Positions 28,203-38,449 of a stretch of DNA of 64,000 nt are shown piece after piece (position 1 is the first letter of the stretch; each line of letters opens with the position of its first letter). The stretch comes from a virus. The DNA lies in the IMG/VR virus record IMGVR_UViG_3300036892_000014, positions 19,882-83,881 of that record; one strand, given 5' to 3'. The notes under the pieces were generated by a model. It saw only the letters and a list, made by a program, of their open reading frames with translations, ran no database searches and was not told the DNA's origin. Both the position numbers and the translations under genes were made by a program.

Positions 28203-28214
28203 CAAGGAAGCTAA

Positions 28215-29162
28215 ATGAGTTTACTAAATAATTTATCAACGAGTGTAGCATTTTCCAAGCCATTTCTTGCGGGCGTATCTCTCTTCGCATGGAACAACTC
28301 GGAACCTGCGTGCAGCGTCCAGCAGTTGGTACGCAATATAATTCTAGGTGCCCCGTATATATGGCCATGGAATCGCTCAAATTTTCCACTGACTATCACA
28401 ACCGCCAACCAAGATTATCCAGTCTCTATTCCAAATTTCGGATTCTTAGAGAAGGGTTCGCTTCAAGACAGCACAGGAAAATTCTATCAAATTCCGACCG
28501 TGTATAATACAACTGGGTTGGCTGTAAGTACGACCAAGGCCCGTCCTATGACGATATCGATAGAAACAAATGATGGGAATGGGAATCTCTTACTGCGTTT
28601 CAGTGCCGTACCCGACCAAAGTTATACCGTAAATCTTGTCTATCTGAGGGCATCTGCGCCCGAGGGCATCGGTGTTCAGCCAAATGGAATCGCCAGTGCA
28701 GCAGCCGCATCACAGGGGAATACGGCCTATACAGGTTCATTTAACCCCGCGGCGCTTCCTGCGTTGTCATACACAGTCATATCTGGATTTGTCAACGCGG
28801 GGAACAACGGAACATTTGTGATCGTCTCCTGCTCAGCTACAACACTAGTCGTAGCCAATGAGAATGGTGTTGTGGAAACGCCGCTTACCACGGCAAGTGC
28901 ATTTCCAAATGCATGGGCTCCGATTCCAGATCAATTCTCGGATATCTTCAACCCACTGTTTTTGGCAGAAATGGCTGCACCCTATGACCCGCAATTATCC
29001 GCGGAGTACCGTAAGCGTGGTATGGCGGCATTGATCGCACGTCAGGATGGGTTGCTAGCAACGGCGAAAAATGTATTCGCTGAAACGTCGCAAGACAAGG
29101 AAGCTGAGAAGCAGCGTGAAGCGCTTGAAGTAACTCAGGCCGTTCAGGCTCGCGGAGTTTAA
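28215..29162 (+). CDS. Second adaptor / tail tubular protein A-like
   Basis: WPWN, F..LE.G, P...RF..VPDQ.Y pattern similar to 10973..12316; precedes the nozzle gene. Confidence 0.55.
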   Translation: MSLLNNLSTSVAFSKPFLAGVSLFAWNNSEPACSVQQLVRNIILGAPYIWPWNRSNFPLTITTANQDYPVSIPNFGFLEKGSLQDSTGKFYQIPTVYNTTGLAVSTTKARPMTISIETNDGNGNLLLRFSAVPDQSYTVNLVYLRASAPEGIGVQPNGIASAAAASQGNTAYTGSFNPAALPALSYTVISGFVNAGNNGTFVIVSCSATTLVVANENGVVETPLTTASAFPNAWAPIPDQFSDIFNPLFLAEMAAPYDPQLSAEYRKRGMAALIARQDGLLATAKNVFAETSQDKEAEKQREALEVTQAVQARGV

Positions 29163-32100
29163 ATGGGACAGCAACTATTTGGAAAGGAAGGGGCGCAAAC
29201 AGGGAAGGGGCCGAAGTGGACTCCTCTGCTTGCGGACAGACTCTTCACAGGTTTGTTCACGAATCGTGCGCCGCTCGGGGACACTGCGGATTCGTTTGCT
29301 GCGAAGCTTTACTATGGCGGACGCAAAGATACATTGTGGGATGACGGAACCGGAGACTATTCTAAGAACGTAGAACTCACAAATAAGTTGACGCTGCAAC
29401 GACGTTTCGGACTTTCTGAATTTTCTAGTTTCTTGTATCCGACACCTCCTAATCGAGCATATAGGTTCGAACTATCTACCGGAGATATTCAGGTAATCAT
29501 TGATACTCCGTCTGGTGTGTATTGGGATCAGCAAGACGGTAATGTCGTATTATTGTATTCAAAGGTTGGCGCACCGATCACAGCGGATGCCCTTTTCGCG
29601 GGGTTGCCGGGGAATCCTGCGGTAGCAGTCGTTTCCGCTGCGAATGATTTTGAGAACGGGCAGAGGGTTTACCTCAGCGGCACTATAAACGGAAGCGGTG
29701 AACTAAACGGGTGGCAGACGGTACTTATCGCAAACCCAGTAACCGGGCAGTTTCAGTTCGATTTTCCTGTTACAGGCGATATAGAATATTTTAATGGGAC
29801 GCCCGATGTGGGTTTTGTTAGCACGTCAGGGCCTGCTTATTTTCAGTCTGTGGGCGATATTCTTTATATCGGAGATGGGCCCAACCTTTACGCCTATACC
29901 CCGTTGAACACGAACGTTTCCGGCATAGGAAATAATCAAATTTGGCTATGGGGTATCCAACCTCCAACGAACCAACCACTTTTGACAGTTACGCCATCTG
30001 GTAGCGCTGCTGTTGCATGGCAGGCGGATACCGCATTTACGACCATGGGTCTAGTTATCGACGCGGGCGCGGGTGGTACAGGTGATATCTTTCAATTAGT
30101 CAATGTGAACGCTGCATTGACAAATTCTACACAGTTCGCGACGACGGGAAACGGTCAGCCAGCATGGAACCAAATTCCGGGCGGGACAACTACAGATAAC
30201 ACCATCACATGGACGAACAAGGGACCTATCGTCGCCTGGACTCCGGACACTGCGTACAACAATGCGACTCTCGGTGGAACTTTGGCGCAACCTTGTATTA
30301 TTTACGATCCAGGTTGTTCCGCATGCTATATTTCAACCAGTTCATCGGTGGGAACCAGCAGCCAAAATAAACCAAAATTCACTGGGGCATTTGGCCAAAA
30401 GATTTTAGATGGAACGGACTTTAGCGGTGTCTTCTGGTTCTGCCTGGGCTCGCCGAAGATTATGGGAATCTGGCAGCCAAGTACGGCATATCCTGCGCTC
30501 GGTTCTGTTCATGATAACGACTCAGTCTCGGGTATTTCCGAACCCGTTGGCCCTGTTGCTGCGGGCATCGGCGGCGCAACGCCTCAGCAAATTTTCTGGC
30601 AGACATCAGCGGGCGGAACATCGGGCACGGGTGGCACGGGTCCGTTTCAAATGGGGACGGCGGTGGGCACGCTTACGACTGACAACAATAACATTCAGTG
30701 GCTGGCGTTAGGAAGCCCGACATGGACAGCCGGTCGCACCATCTTGGGCTACACGACCTTCGGCGCAGTCTTCACTGCGATCAAGGACTCTAACGGAAAC
30801 TTCCAGGTCGCGCTGACTTCAGGAACGGCGGGAACGGTGCAGCCGGTATGGCTGACGGAATACGGTCAGGTCACGACCGAGACAGGCGGAACGCTTGTCC
30901 AGTGGGTTAACGTTGGTCCTAGCATGAACTGGGTAGCGTCTACAATCTTCTACCTACCAGTCGGGGGCTTTGCTCCTCCAACGGGTGCAGGCGCAGGAAC
31001 GGATAACCCGTACCCCGGTTCAATCGTAGTTGATACGAACGGGAACCTACAAGCGGTAATAGCTTCTGGCGTCAGTGCAGGCTCTCACCCAGTTTGGGCA
31101 ACCATCTTAAACAATTCAACAACGGATGGTACAATCACATGGCGAATGGTCGGAACACAGTCTGTGGAAAGTCTTTCTTGGCTTACATCGCATACCTGGG
31201 CAGTAAGTTACAAGGCACGTTCGACTGACGATTATTACTCAACCAAATTGACCACGACGAGCGCAACAGGTGTTAGCACGACTGCGCTACCGATTCCACC
31301 AGGACGTAAGCAACCGCTACCAGCAATCACAGGTTCAGGGACGGGAGATATTTCATCTGCATCTCCAGTTACAACACTGACAGGAGCAAATGCAGGAGCA
31401 GTCGTACAACTTCAAATTCTAGGCAGCACGAACCCAGCCGTTGACACGATTGTAATCTGGCGCGATGCGGATGGCGGCGGTCTCGATAATATGTTTGAGT
31501 TAACCGAAATTCCGAACGTACCGCCAATTAACGGTGTAGCACAATTCGCTTATTTCAATGACTACTTGCCAGATATTCCGACGACAGTCAGTGGAGTATT
31601 GTTGCCCGGATTGGACAATCTAAGTCCAGCTCCGATTGACGATGTGAACGATCCGCCTCCTGCGGGCTATCTCCCGATGGCGTTCTACTATGAGCGCATC
31701 TGGGGGTCGGTAGGAAATACCGCTTACATTTCTGGCGGCCCAGACACCTTGGTGGGTAATCCGAATTCTTGCTTTAATCCGTCGGACAATTTCTCATTCT
31801 CAAGTCAAATTACGAGAATTCAACCGAATCCGTCTGTGATGCTTTGCTTCACTACGTCCGATATAGACGGTGTTTATGGCGGCCCGCAGACTGCGTCATT
31901 TTACCCGGGCAATGTATCACCTGGTATCGGGTTACGCTCATTCAATGCATTGGACACGTACGGTGGGGAAGTTTACTTCTTCAGTTCTGGAAGGCAGTTC
32001 ATGACACTGTCTCCGAATCTAAGCGTTGCTGAACTAGGATTTCCGGTTCAAAATGTTCTAGCAAATATTGACCCGACTAATGCATATGTTGCGGTTCTGC

Positions 32101-33458
32101 AAGCAGAGGGAGATAACTCAATCTACGTGGGTACTGGCTTGAGTCCTTCTGCCGTTGGAATCGGAACGATTACGCCGGGAACAGATGCGCTAAAGGCTGC
32201 CCTAGGAATTGCGGCAACTTACGCGTTACTAGCAGCCGCAGGCATCACGAATTCGGGTGCCACATTAATCACAGGCGGAAATATCGGCTCATTCCCGACC
32301 ACGAGCATCACGGGATTCGTCGGAAGCAACTTCACTCCACCTGCGACAACGGACAATACAGATGCTGCGGCAGCCCAGACGGCAGCATTAAGTGTATACA
32401 ATTTGTATTCTGGGTTGACGTTCGTATCGTTGAGCGCGTCATCCGCTGATTTGTCTGTTCTAGGTAACGGAGCTACGGCTTCGACTTATAATGCAGGAAA
32501 TTACTCAGCGGGAACGAGTATGGATATTCCTACAAGCATCACGCTAGACGCTCAAGGCAACCCAAACGCAGTCTTTGTATTCAAGGCTGGTAGCACGTTG
32601 GTTCTAGAGAGCGGGGCATCAATCATCTTAGCCAATGGCGCTCAAGCTGAAAACGTTGTGTGGCTCGTGGGCAGTTCAGCCACGACTGTAGGCACCGTAG
32701 GCGTATTCAATGGAAACATTCTAGCTAACACGAGCATCAGTCTCGGCGGTGGAACCTTGAACGGTCGTGCTCTAGCAGGCATCGTAACCAGTTCGGGGGC
32801 AATCACTATCGCGACAGCTACAAATATCACGGTTCCGAGTATCGCTACGGTATTGACTCCTGGTGGAGGAACCGGAACAGGTTGGTACAGATTAAATCCT
32901 CGCCAGATGCCCGAGCAGACTGCGGTATGGTCTCCGTTTGCTGCGCCGGTCACGGGTTGCAAGATGCTTCAGACGATTGAAATATCCACTGGCGTGCATA
33001 AACTTCTAGTCGGCAGTACATTAGTCAATGAGCCAATTGGGGAGCGCAACACATCAATATTCACCGATCTAGGCGCATCTTATCCTTCATACTTCACAAT
33101 CGGTTCTCTAGTGTTGTGTCCGCCGTCGCAGATTGCCGTTCTCGGTTTCATTGAGGGTGATTATGCTGCGCTAGGCGATCATCCACAGGTCAGTGTTCTT
33201 TTGAATGAAGTCTCGGGGGATTTCACGAACGTGCCATTTACAGGAATCTATGATTCTCCATCGGTCTACGGAGACAGTGGAACCATAATTCCTACAAGCT
33301 ATTATCCGCTGCGCTATGAATTTAGCGGCATCTTAGATGATAACACCGAACCTAGGGTAGCTCGTCACTTGATGATGCAGTTTGATTTTGGCGTCCAGCC
33401 CGTAGGTTCAGAACTTTGGGATTTCACTTTGTATGGGCATGTCATGCAGGAAAAGTAA
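29163..33458 (+). CDS. Tail tubular protein B / nozzle-like protein with W-rich repeats and an inserted DUF3494 (ice-binding-like) domain
   Basis: Beta-rich 1431 aa; YYERIWG propeller-like motif; repeats W.A.T....DSNGN.Q....GTS...P.W......TTDGT.TW; DUF3494 motifs at about 32200-32835. Confidence 0.7.
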   Translation: MGQQLFGKEGAQTGKGPKWTPLLADRLFTGLFTNRAPLGDTADSFAAKLYYGGRKDTLWDDGTGDYSKNVELTNKLTLQRRFGLSEFSSFLYPTPPNRAYRFELSTGDIQVIIDTPSGVYWDQQDGNVVLLYSKVGAPITADALFAGLPGNPAVAVVSAANDFENGQRVYLSGTINGSGELNGWQTVLIANPVTGQFQFDFPVTGDIEYFNGTPDVGFVSTSGPAYFQSVGDILYIGDGPNLYAYTPLNTNVSGIGNNQIWLWGIQPPTNQPLLTVTPSGSAAVAWQADTAFTTMGLVIDAGAGGTGDIFQLVNVNAALTNSTQFATTGNGQPAWNQIPGGTTTDNTITWTNKGPIVAWTPDTAYNNATLGGTLAQPCIIYDPGCSACYISTSSSVGTSSQNKPKFTGAFGQKILDGTDFSGVFWFCLGSPKIMGIWQPSTAYPALGSVHDNDSVSGISEPVGPVAAGIGGATPQQIFWQTSAGGTSGTGGTGPFQMGTAVGTLTTDNNNIQWLALGSPTWTAGRTILGYTTFGAVFTAIKDSNGNFQVALTSGTAGTVQPVWLTEYGQVTTETGGTLVQWVNVGPSMNWVASTIFYLPVGGFAPPTGAGAGTDNPYPGSIVVDTNGNLQAVIASGVSAGSHPVWATILNNSTTDGTITWRMVGTQSVESLSWLTSHTWAVSYKARSTDDYYSTKLTTTSATGVSTTALPIPPGRKQPLPAITGSGTGDISSASPVTTLTGANAGAVVQLQILGSTNPAVDTIVIWRDADGGGLDNMFELTEIPNVPPINGVAQFAYFNDYLPDIPTTVSGVLLPGLDNLSPAPIDDVNDPPPAGYLPMAFYYERIWGSVGNTAYISGGPDTLVGNPNSCFNPSDNFSFSSQITRIQPNPSVMLCFTTSDIDGVYGGPQTASFYPGNVSPGIGLRSFNALDTYGGEVYFFSSGRQFMTLSPNLSVAELGFPVQNVLANIDPTNAYVAVLQAEGDNSIYVGTGLSPSAVGIGTITPGTDALKAALGIAATYALLAAAGITNSGATLITGGNIGSFPTTSITGFVGSNFTPPATTDNTDAAAAQTAALSVYNLYSGLTFVSLSASSADLSVLGNGATASTYNAGNYSAGTSMDIPTSITLDAQGNPNAVFVFKAGSTLVLESGASIILANGAQAENVVWLVGSSATTVGTVGVFNGNILANTSISLGGGTLNGRALAGIVTSSGAITIATATNITVPSIATVLTPGGGTGTGWYRLNPRQMPEQTAVWSPFAAPVTGCKMLQTIEISTGVHKLLVGSTLVNEPIGERNTSIFTDLGASYPSYFTIGSLVLCPPSQIAVLGFIEGDYAALGDHPQVSVLLNEVSGDFTNVPFTGIYDSPSVYGDSGTIIPTSYYPLRYEFSGILDDNTEPRVARHLMMQFDFGVQPVGSELWDFTLYGHVMQEK

Positions 33459-34757
33459 ATGACAAAGAATTCAAAACAACCACCCGATAACTATGGATTG
33501 GACCCGAAGAGATGGGAACCCGTAGAGACGAAGGTCATTCAGCCGTTTGCTTCACAGACGACTGCGCAAATTCCCCCTCCTGCGAATGACGTTCGTCCAG
33601 ACAATCTAAGAAGCAGCTTGCCATTGGCGCTAGGACTACAGTCTGATTTGGTTGCCACTCAGGCTGCTGGAGGGCCGGTAACCCGCTTGATGCCGCCCAG
33701 ACCGTCCGGTGTTTCGCCGGTGAACGCTGCGACAGCTAGCACCAGCAAGCCGTTAACGCAGGCCGCGGTTGCGGGTGTCGTGGATACAATTCTACCGGGC
33801 TCTGTTTCTAAGGTCGGTGACCCAAATTTTTATTTCGTTCGTACGAGTCTAGGAAACGGAACGAGCAAGGGCGTTGCGGACAGCCAAGCTAACAACCGTT
33901 ATGCAAGGACGGCAACGCATTCTAGTAACTTACCCTTGACCAATCCGCTCACCAGCACAGACGCTGGAACGAGTGCTACGGTTACGATTGCGCCCTACCT
34001 CTTACAGACGCCGGACACTTCTCTGAATTTTGACGGAGGCCAGGTTAGTTACTTAGGCGGAACGATTGTAGGACTTTCTTATGGTACGCTTTATTATATC
34101 TGGCAGACGCAATTACCTGAACTACCTGTGTTCTCTGGCGGCGCAACGAACTACTTCTCGTCTCTAGCCAAGGCGGCGACACTAGCCCCGGGCACGACCG
34201 AGAATTCGTCTACCAATCTTTTTGTTGGCTCGATCACAACTGCGACAATGGGCGGCGGCCCTACTGTCGGGAATGGGGATGGCGGTTCAGCGTCCAACCA
34301 GACAGGGTTGACTGCAAACTTCGGGCCGACAACTCAGATTAATCCGTATTACACCCCTAATTATAACGCCTATGTTGGTGTAACAAATTCGGGCGGACAG
34401 ACAACTATATCGAGTGCTAGCCTTCACCCGCAATCAGCCTGTGTTTGGAATGGCTTTGTTAACCCAGTGGTCGCAGTCCCATCGTCCATAACATTGAATG
34501 TAACCAGTGTGTTTACGCTTACGGGAGCCACAGGCAATGCGCAATTAGAATATTCAACTAACGCGGGAACCAGCTTCAACGTCATATACAGTGCTACAGC
34601 CAACAGAGCGACGACGACAGATCGAGTGTCTATTCCCCCAAGTACTCCGTTTGGAAATATTTACATATTGGCCCAGGCCGCGGCAACCGGGGCACTTGGG
34701 CCGGGGGATTCAGTGTTTCAACAATTAACTGCTATAAGTCTGACGGTTGTATATTAA
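33459..34757 (+). CDS. Tail/structural protein
   Basis: Thr/Ser/Gly beta-rich C-terminal half, in tail operon. Confidence 0.6.
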   Translation: MTKNSKQPPDNYGLDPKRWEPVETKVIQPFASQTTAQIPPPANDVRPDNLRSSLPLALGLQSDLVATQAAGGPVTRLMPPRPSGVSPVNAATASTSKPLTQAAVAGVVDTILPGSVSKVGDPNFYFVRTSLGNGTSKGVADSQANNRYARTATHSSNLPLTNPLTSTDAGTSATVTIAPYLLQTPDTSLNFDGGQVSYLGGTIVGLSYGTLYYIWQTQLPELPVFSGGATNYFSSLAKAATLAPGTTENSSTNLFVGSITTATMGGGPTVGNGDGGSASNQTGLTANFGPTTQINPYYTPNYNAYVGVTNSGGQTTISSASLHPQSACVWNGFVNPVVAVPSSITLNVTSVFTLTGATGNAQLEYSTNAGTSFNVIYSATANRATTTDRVSIPPSTPFGNIYILAQAAATGALGPGDSVFQQLTAISLTVVY

Positions 34758-34765
34758 GAGGAAGC

Positions 34766-35044
34766 ATGCGTTCGAAAACAATCACAGTAAATAATAACGC
34801 GATCTCGGTAGCGCATGAGGTTACTACCAGAGACGATCATCAGACAGTGATAAAATTGTCTGCTCGCCATGCTGCGAGCAAGACTACAGTCGAGCATAGG
34901 TTCACAATTGGTAGCGTTGAGGGATTGCCAGCGGGATATGGGGCGGAACAATTGCAGAAGGATTTCGATGCTGCCAGACAGAAACTCGCAGAGCTTTGTG
35001 AGTCGAGGGCACGTGGAAAGAAACTAGCCAAGGAGTTAGTCTAA
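34766..35044 (+). CDS. Hypothetical protein
   Basis: GAGGA SD; 92 aa. Confidence 0.65.
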   Translation: MRSKTITVNNNAISVAHEVTTRDDHQTVIKLSARHAASKTTVEHRFTIGSVEGLPAGYGAEQLQKDFDAARQKLAELCESRARGKKLAKELV

Positions 35045-35595
35045 TGCCTCAAGATATCGACGGGGTACCACATGTAATCATGCCTGTTCTTCACCCATCA
35101 GGTGACGTTGACAGAATCGCCGTGCCTGCGGACACGCCGCTAGCCGACGTGCATAGCGCTTTAAGCGACTACTATCACCAAGCACAACCAGACGCTCAAG
35201 GGAGTGTTGAGAATAATCCCGTCTTTAAGAATGCCGCGGCTCAAGCCGTGGCTGCGATGCACGCCAGTGAAATGCGAGGACGTGGTGGTCACGAAGCAGG
35301 CTTCTCGATGAGCCGCACAGGTCAGGCGAGCAAGGTTGATATACAGCCCGACGAGGAAGCATCCGGCAAGGGTCATATGACGCAGACCTTTCCCGCGAAT
35401 ACGATAGGAAGCTTACATACGCATGATTCTGGTCACAAGGATATTCCGAGCCAAGGCGATGTGAACGCAGCGAAGCAGGCCAAGACAACCATTTATGTGG
35501 CGTCAAGAACCGGACTCCACGCAGTTGACCCAGGCGGAAATGTTACACAAGTTTTTAAGAGTCCGACCTGGGCGACAGACAAAATTTCGAAGTGA
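35044..35595 (+). CDS. JAB/MPN-like metalloprotease domain protein
   Basis: HEAGF...LHTHDSGHKDIPSQGD matches the E...HxH...SxxD JAMM motif. Confidence 0.65.
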   Translation: MPQDIDGVPHVIMPVLHPSGDVDRIAVPADTPLADVHSALSDYYHQAQPDAQGSVENNPVFKNAAAQAVAAMHASEMRGRGGHEAGFSMSRTGQASKVDIQPDEEASGKGHMTQTFPANTIGSLHTHDSGHKDIPSQGDVNAAKQAKTTIYVASRTGLHAVDPGGNVTQVFKSPTWATDKISK

Positions 35596-35604
35596 GGAAA
35601 TAAT

Positions 35605-37992
35605 ATGCCAGCAGTGCCAGCATTCGTATTGACAGGTACATTCAGTTCGTTGACTTCGACGGATACAGGTTATGTGACAATTGAACTTCAGAACTTTCGT
35701 CCGTTCATTCCGCGCTCAGGCGGTTACGTAATCGAGCCCACGAATGTATCTACCGCGCCTCCTGCGGCGACTTTCTCGGTAACGGTATACGGCAATGATG
35801 TTATAACTCCTGGGAATACATTTTACTTGATAACTGTGTTCGACGCGAACGGGCGACCAGTATCTTCGGGTAAGTATTTCTTGGCAGGAACGAGCGGCGA
35901 TCTTTCAACTTTGCTTCCTGCTGGGGTAACTCCTGCGCCGACTCCGAGTCCTGCGCTCGTCGGTGCGGGCGAAGTTCTTATTGGGCCTGTTACGGGCACT
36001 GGTGCGCCCACTTTCCGAAATTTACAGATCACTGATCTTCCTACGACTGGGAATTACGATTTCAACGGAACCTTCACGGGAAATACTGGCTTCTCAGGTT
36101 CTCTGACATTCCCAGGAGATGCAACCATTATAATGGGCGGAGCCAGCGATCCTTACGCTGGATTAATTTCCGCGGCTATCACGGCTCTGCCTTCGAGTGG
36201 GGGTGTTATCGACGCCCGCTCTAGCAACGTGGCCAGCATCCCGCAAGGCTCTGTCGATCCTGGCTCAAAGTCGGTCACGATCTTGCTCGGCCCATGGACA
36301 TACACCTTCACGCAAGTCAAGGTTCGCTCTGGTCTTAGAATTTATGGTTCAGACGAACAAAGAACGCTCGTGCAGGCTTCTTTGACGGCCAGCGGTTCCT
36401 TGTTTACAGGCCCTGCGCCAACGGAAGTCGCAGCCTTCTCCGTAGCCTTTCAAGACTTTTCTGTTATCGGTCCTGGCGGGAATACACAGACGCCTGCTAC
36501 GCCTAACTATCTAGACGCATTTCATTTTGATGCATCCAACGTTCTCTCTGCAAACTATCCGAATGCTAATCTACTCAACTGCGTCTGGAACCGAATATCC
36601 GTCAACGGATTCGGTGGAAGTGCTTGGAAGTTTCTTGGCGCTCAAACCGCAGGGAACGCTGGGGCACACCAGTTTCTTTCATTCTACGACTGCGCAGGTA
36701 TTGCAAACATTGGTCCTGGTTCTGGCGCCATATCTGGATTCACTTTGACTTCAGTGGCTGTGACAGGAGTGACGACAACCTACAACGGCACCATCACGGG
36801 CGGGGCTGCGAATGCTTATGCAGGATTCCAGTTCACTGTGGCAGGATTTGTGAATGCTGGAAACAACGTAACCTTTACCGTCACGTCATCGACAGCTACG
36901 ACGTTGGTTACCACGACTACGACCCAGGTCAATGAGACTCATGCGGCTACCTCAACCGGCATCGGTATGAGCCCAGTTTTGATGATCGTAGGCTCTAACT
37001 TCCAGCACTTCTGGTGGAATTCTCAAATTAACGGATACCTTGAGAACGCGGCGACGGACAGCACTAATGGTTCTATCCCGTTGGTCTATATCGGAAACTC
37101 TGGCTCGATTGGCAGTGAGGGAAACCCATTCATCATCGGATTCAAAGGACTGACCGTCCAGGGCAGACAGAATGCCGTTCAACTGGACGGTTGCACGGAC
37201 GTAACCTTCAATAAAATTCACATGGAGCGTAACTTCGTCTGCTTCGATGTTTCTTATGCTGCTGGCGTGCCAGGGATCGTGCCATCTGGTGGAACGAACT
37301 CTTTTAACTCCGGACTCACCGTAGACGCGTCATCCTTCGATACGGATACTGCGGTTAACTCAGGCAGCGGCGCAATCATCGCAGTAAATACCACGAAGCT
37401 GTACGGGATGACGCTACAAAACTCTGTTTACAACTCTCCGCTATTTGGGCAGACGGGGGCAGGAAGTCCAGACCACTGGCTACTGCTGAACTCTACACCA
37501 GCGGTTCCGGTGAGCTTACTGAACAACATCGATGTAAACGCAGCATCCGATGCCTCTTTCTCATCAGCCGTGATGCTGTACCCGAATGCGCCAACGACTG
37601 CGATACGTGGGGGCACGGCGAACGGTACGAACTACACGACCACATCAACCAGTCTCACTCCAGTGGACGCAACGAATCTTAAGTATGTGATCGGAATCCC
37701 GCTGGGTTGGAAACTATTAGTACAGGTTTCAGGCTCATCCCAGTCCGATACCGCCGCAACCACGGATCAGATTGCTATCGTTGACGGCGTGACCACGGTC
37801 GCAAGCACAATCGTAAACTACACCGCTGGTGCTGGGGGAGCATTCTCTCTAAGCGCGTTGATAACGGGGAACGAGGCTCCTCATACGATTGAACTACAGT
37901 TTGCAACCGGCAACGCTGGAGATAAGCTTGAAATTGTGAACCAGCCAACGGGTTGGGTAAACATGACCTTCTTGCTCACCCCGTCTAACTAA
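35605..37992 (+). CDS. Tailspike / receptor-binding protein with probable beta-helix (pectin-lyase-like) domain
   Basis: N-terminal head domain (GNDVITPGNTFY), GAPTFR.L...DLP linker, ISAAITALP..GG.ID..T.LLG...Y start of beta-helix. Confidence 0.7.
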   Translation: MPAVPAFVLTGTFSSLTSTDTGYVTIELQNFRPFIPRSGGYVIEPTNVSTAPPAATFSVTVYGNDVITPGNTFYLITVFDANGRPVSSGKYFLAGTSGDLSTLLPAGVTPAPTPSPALVGAGEVLIGPVTGTGAPTFRNLQITDLPTTGNYDFNGTFTGNTGFSGSLTFPGDATIIMGGASDPYAGLISAAITALPSSGGVIDARSSNVASIPQGSVDPGSKSVTILLGPWTYTFTQVKVRSGLRIYGSDEQRTLVQASLTASGSLFTGPAPTEVAAFSVAFQDFSVIGPGGNTQTPATPNYLDAFHFDASNVLSANYPNANLLNCVWNRISVNGFGGSAWKFLGAQTAGNAGAHQFLSFYDCAGIANIGPGSGAISGFTLTSVAVTGVTTTYNGTITGGAANAYAGFQFTVAGFVNAGNNVTFTVTSSTATTLVTTTTTQVNETHAATSTGIGMSPVLMIVGSNFQHFWWNSQINGYLENAATDSTNGSIPLVYIGNSGSIGSEGNPFIIGFKGLTVQGRQNAVQLDGCTDVTFNKIHMERNFVCFDVSYAAGVPGIVPSGGTNSFNSGLTVDASSFDTDTAVNSGSGAIIAVNTTKLYGMTLQNSVYNSPLFGQTGAGSPDHWLLLNSTPAVPVSLLNNIDVNAASDASFSSAVMLYPNAPTTAIRGGTANGTNYTTTSTSLTPVDATNLKYVIGIPLGWKLLVQVSGSSQSDTAATTDQIAIVDGVTTVASTIVNYTAGAGGAFSLSALITGNEAPHTIELQFATGNAGDKLEIVNQPTGWVNMTFLLTPSN

Positions 37993-38189
37993 AATTCACC
38001 AATCGCCCCGGTCGGGCGTTGGGCGGTCGAACGACTCGCGGGCAGAATCCTGCAAGCGGAACCCTTATTTGCGCGGTTCGCTACCTCTATCTCGGCGACC
38101 CGCTTAGAGGGAACTTGCTTCCAAAGGTACCACGTGCCATGATCCAGGTATTCGATGGCGTAGGGTTCTGTGAATTTTGTGATCGTCAT
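37989..38189 (-). CDS. Hypothetical protein, last gene of the early arm
   Basis: AGGAG SD, ATGA overlap. Confidence 0.55.
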   Translation of the reverse strand: MTITKFTEPYAIEYLDHGTWYLWKQVPSKRVAEIEVANRANKGSACRILPASRSTAQRPTGAIGEF

Positions 38190-38404
38190 GGCGTATCTCC
38201 TGAGTGTACAACCCCAGCCAGACGGTCGGTGTAGTAGTCTTCGTCCTCGACCGCCGTGACTTCGATGATATCGGAGCACGGGTACTTAGGGTGAATAGTA
38301 TCCTGCTTAACCAAGGTGCGTGCGGTCTGTTCGCCGTTCTTAGCACGATCCAACTTGGATAGTAGCGTCAAAAGATTGCGTCTTGTTAGATAAACTTTTT
38401 GCAT
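38186..38404 (-). CDS. Hypothetical phage protein
   Basis: AGGAGG SD; LTRRNLLTLLSKLD. Confidence 0.75.
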   Translation of the reverse strand: MQKVYLTRRNLLTLLSKLDRAKNGEQTARTLVKQDTIHPKYPCSDIIEVTAVEDEDYYTDRLAGVVHSGDTP

Positions 38405-38449
38405 TGGTTCCTCCTGTTATCGAGGGTCATCTGACACAGCCGCTTCTGG

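Noticed and set aside
28670-35595. Ubiquitin-like conjugation system (JAB plus E1-FCCH-like modules)
   Set aside because: No E1 adenylation, E2 or Ubl gene is visible; the modules are structural inserts.
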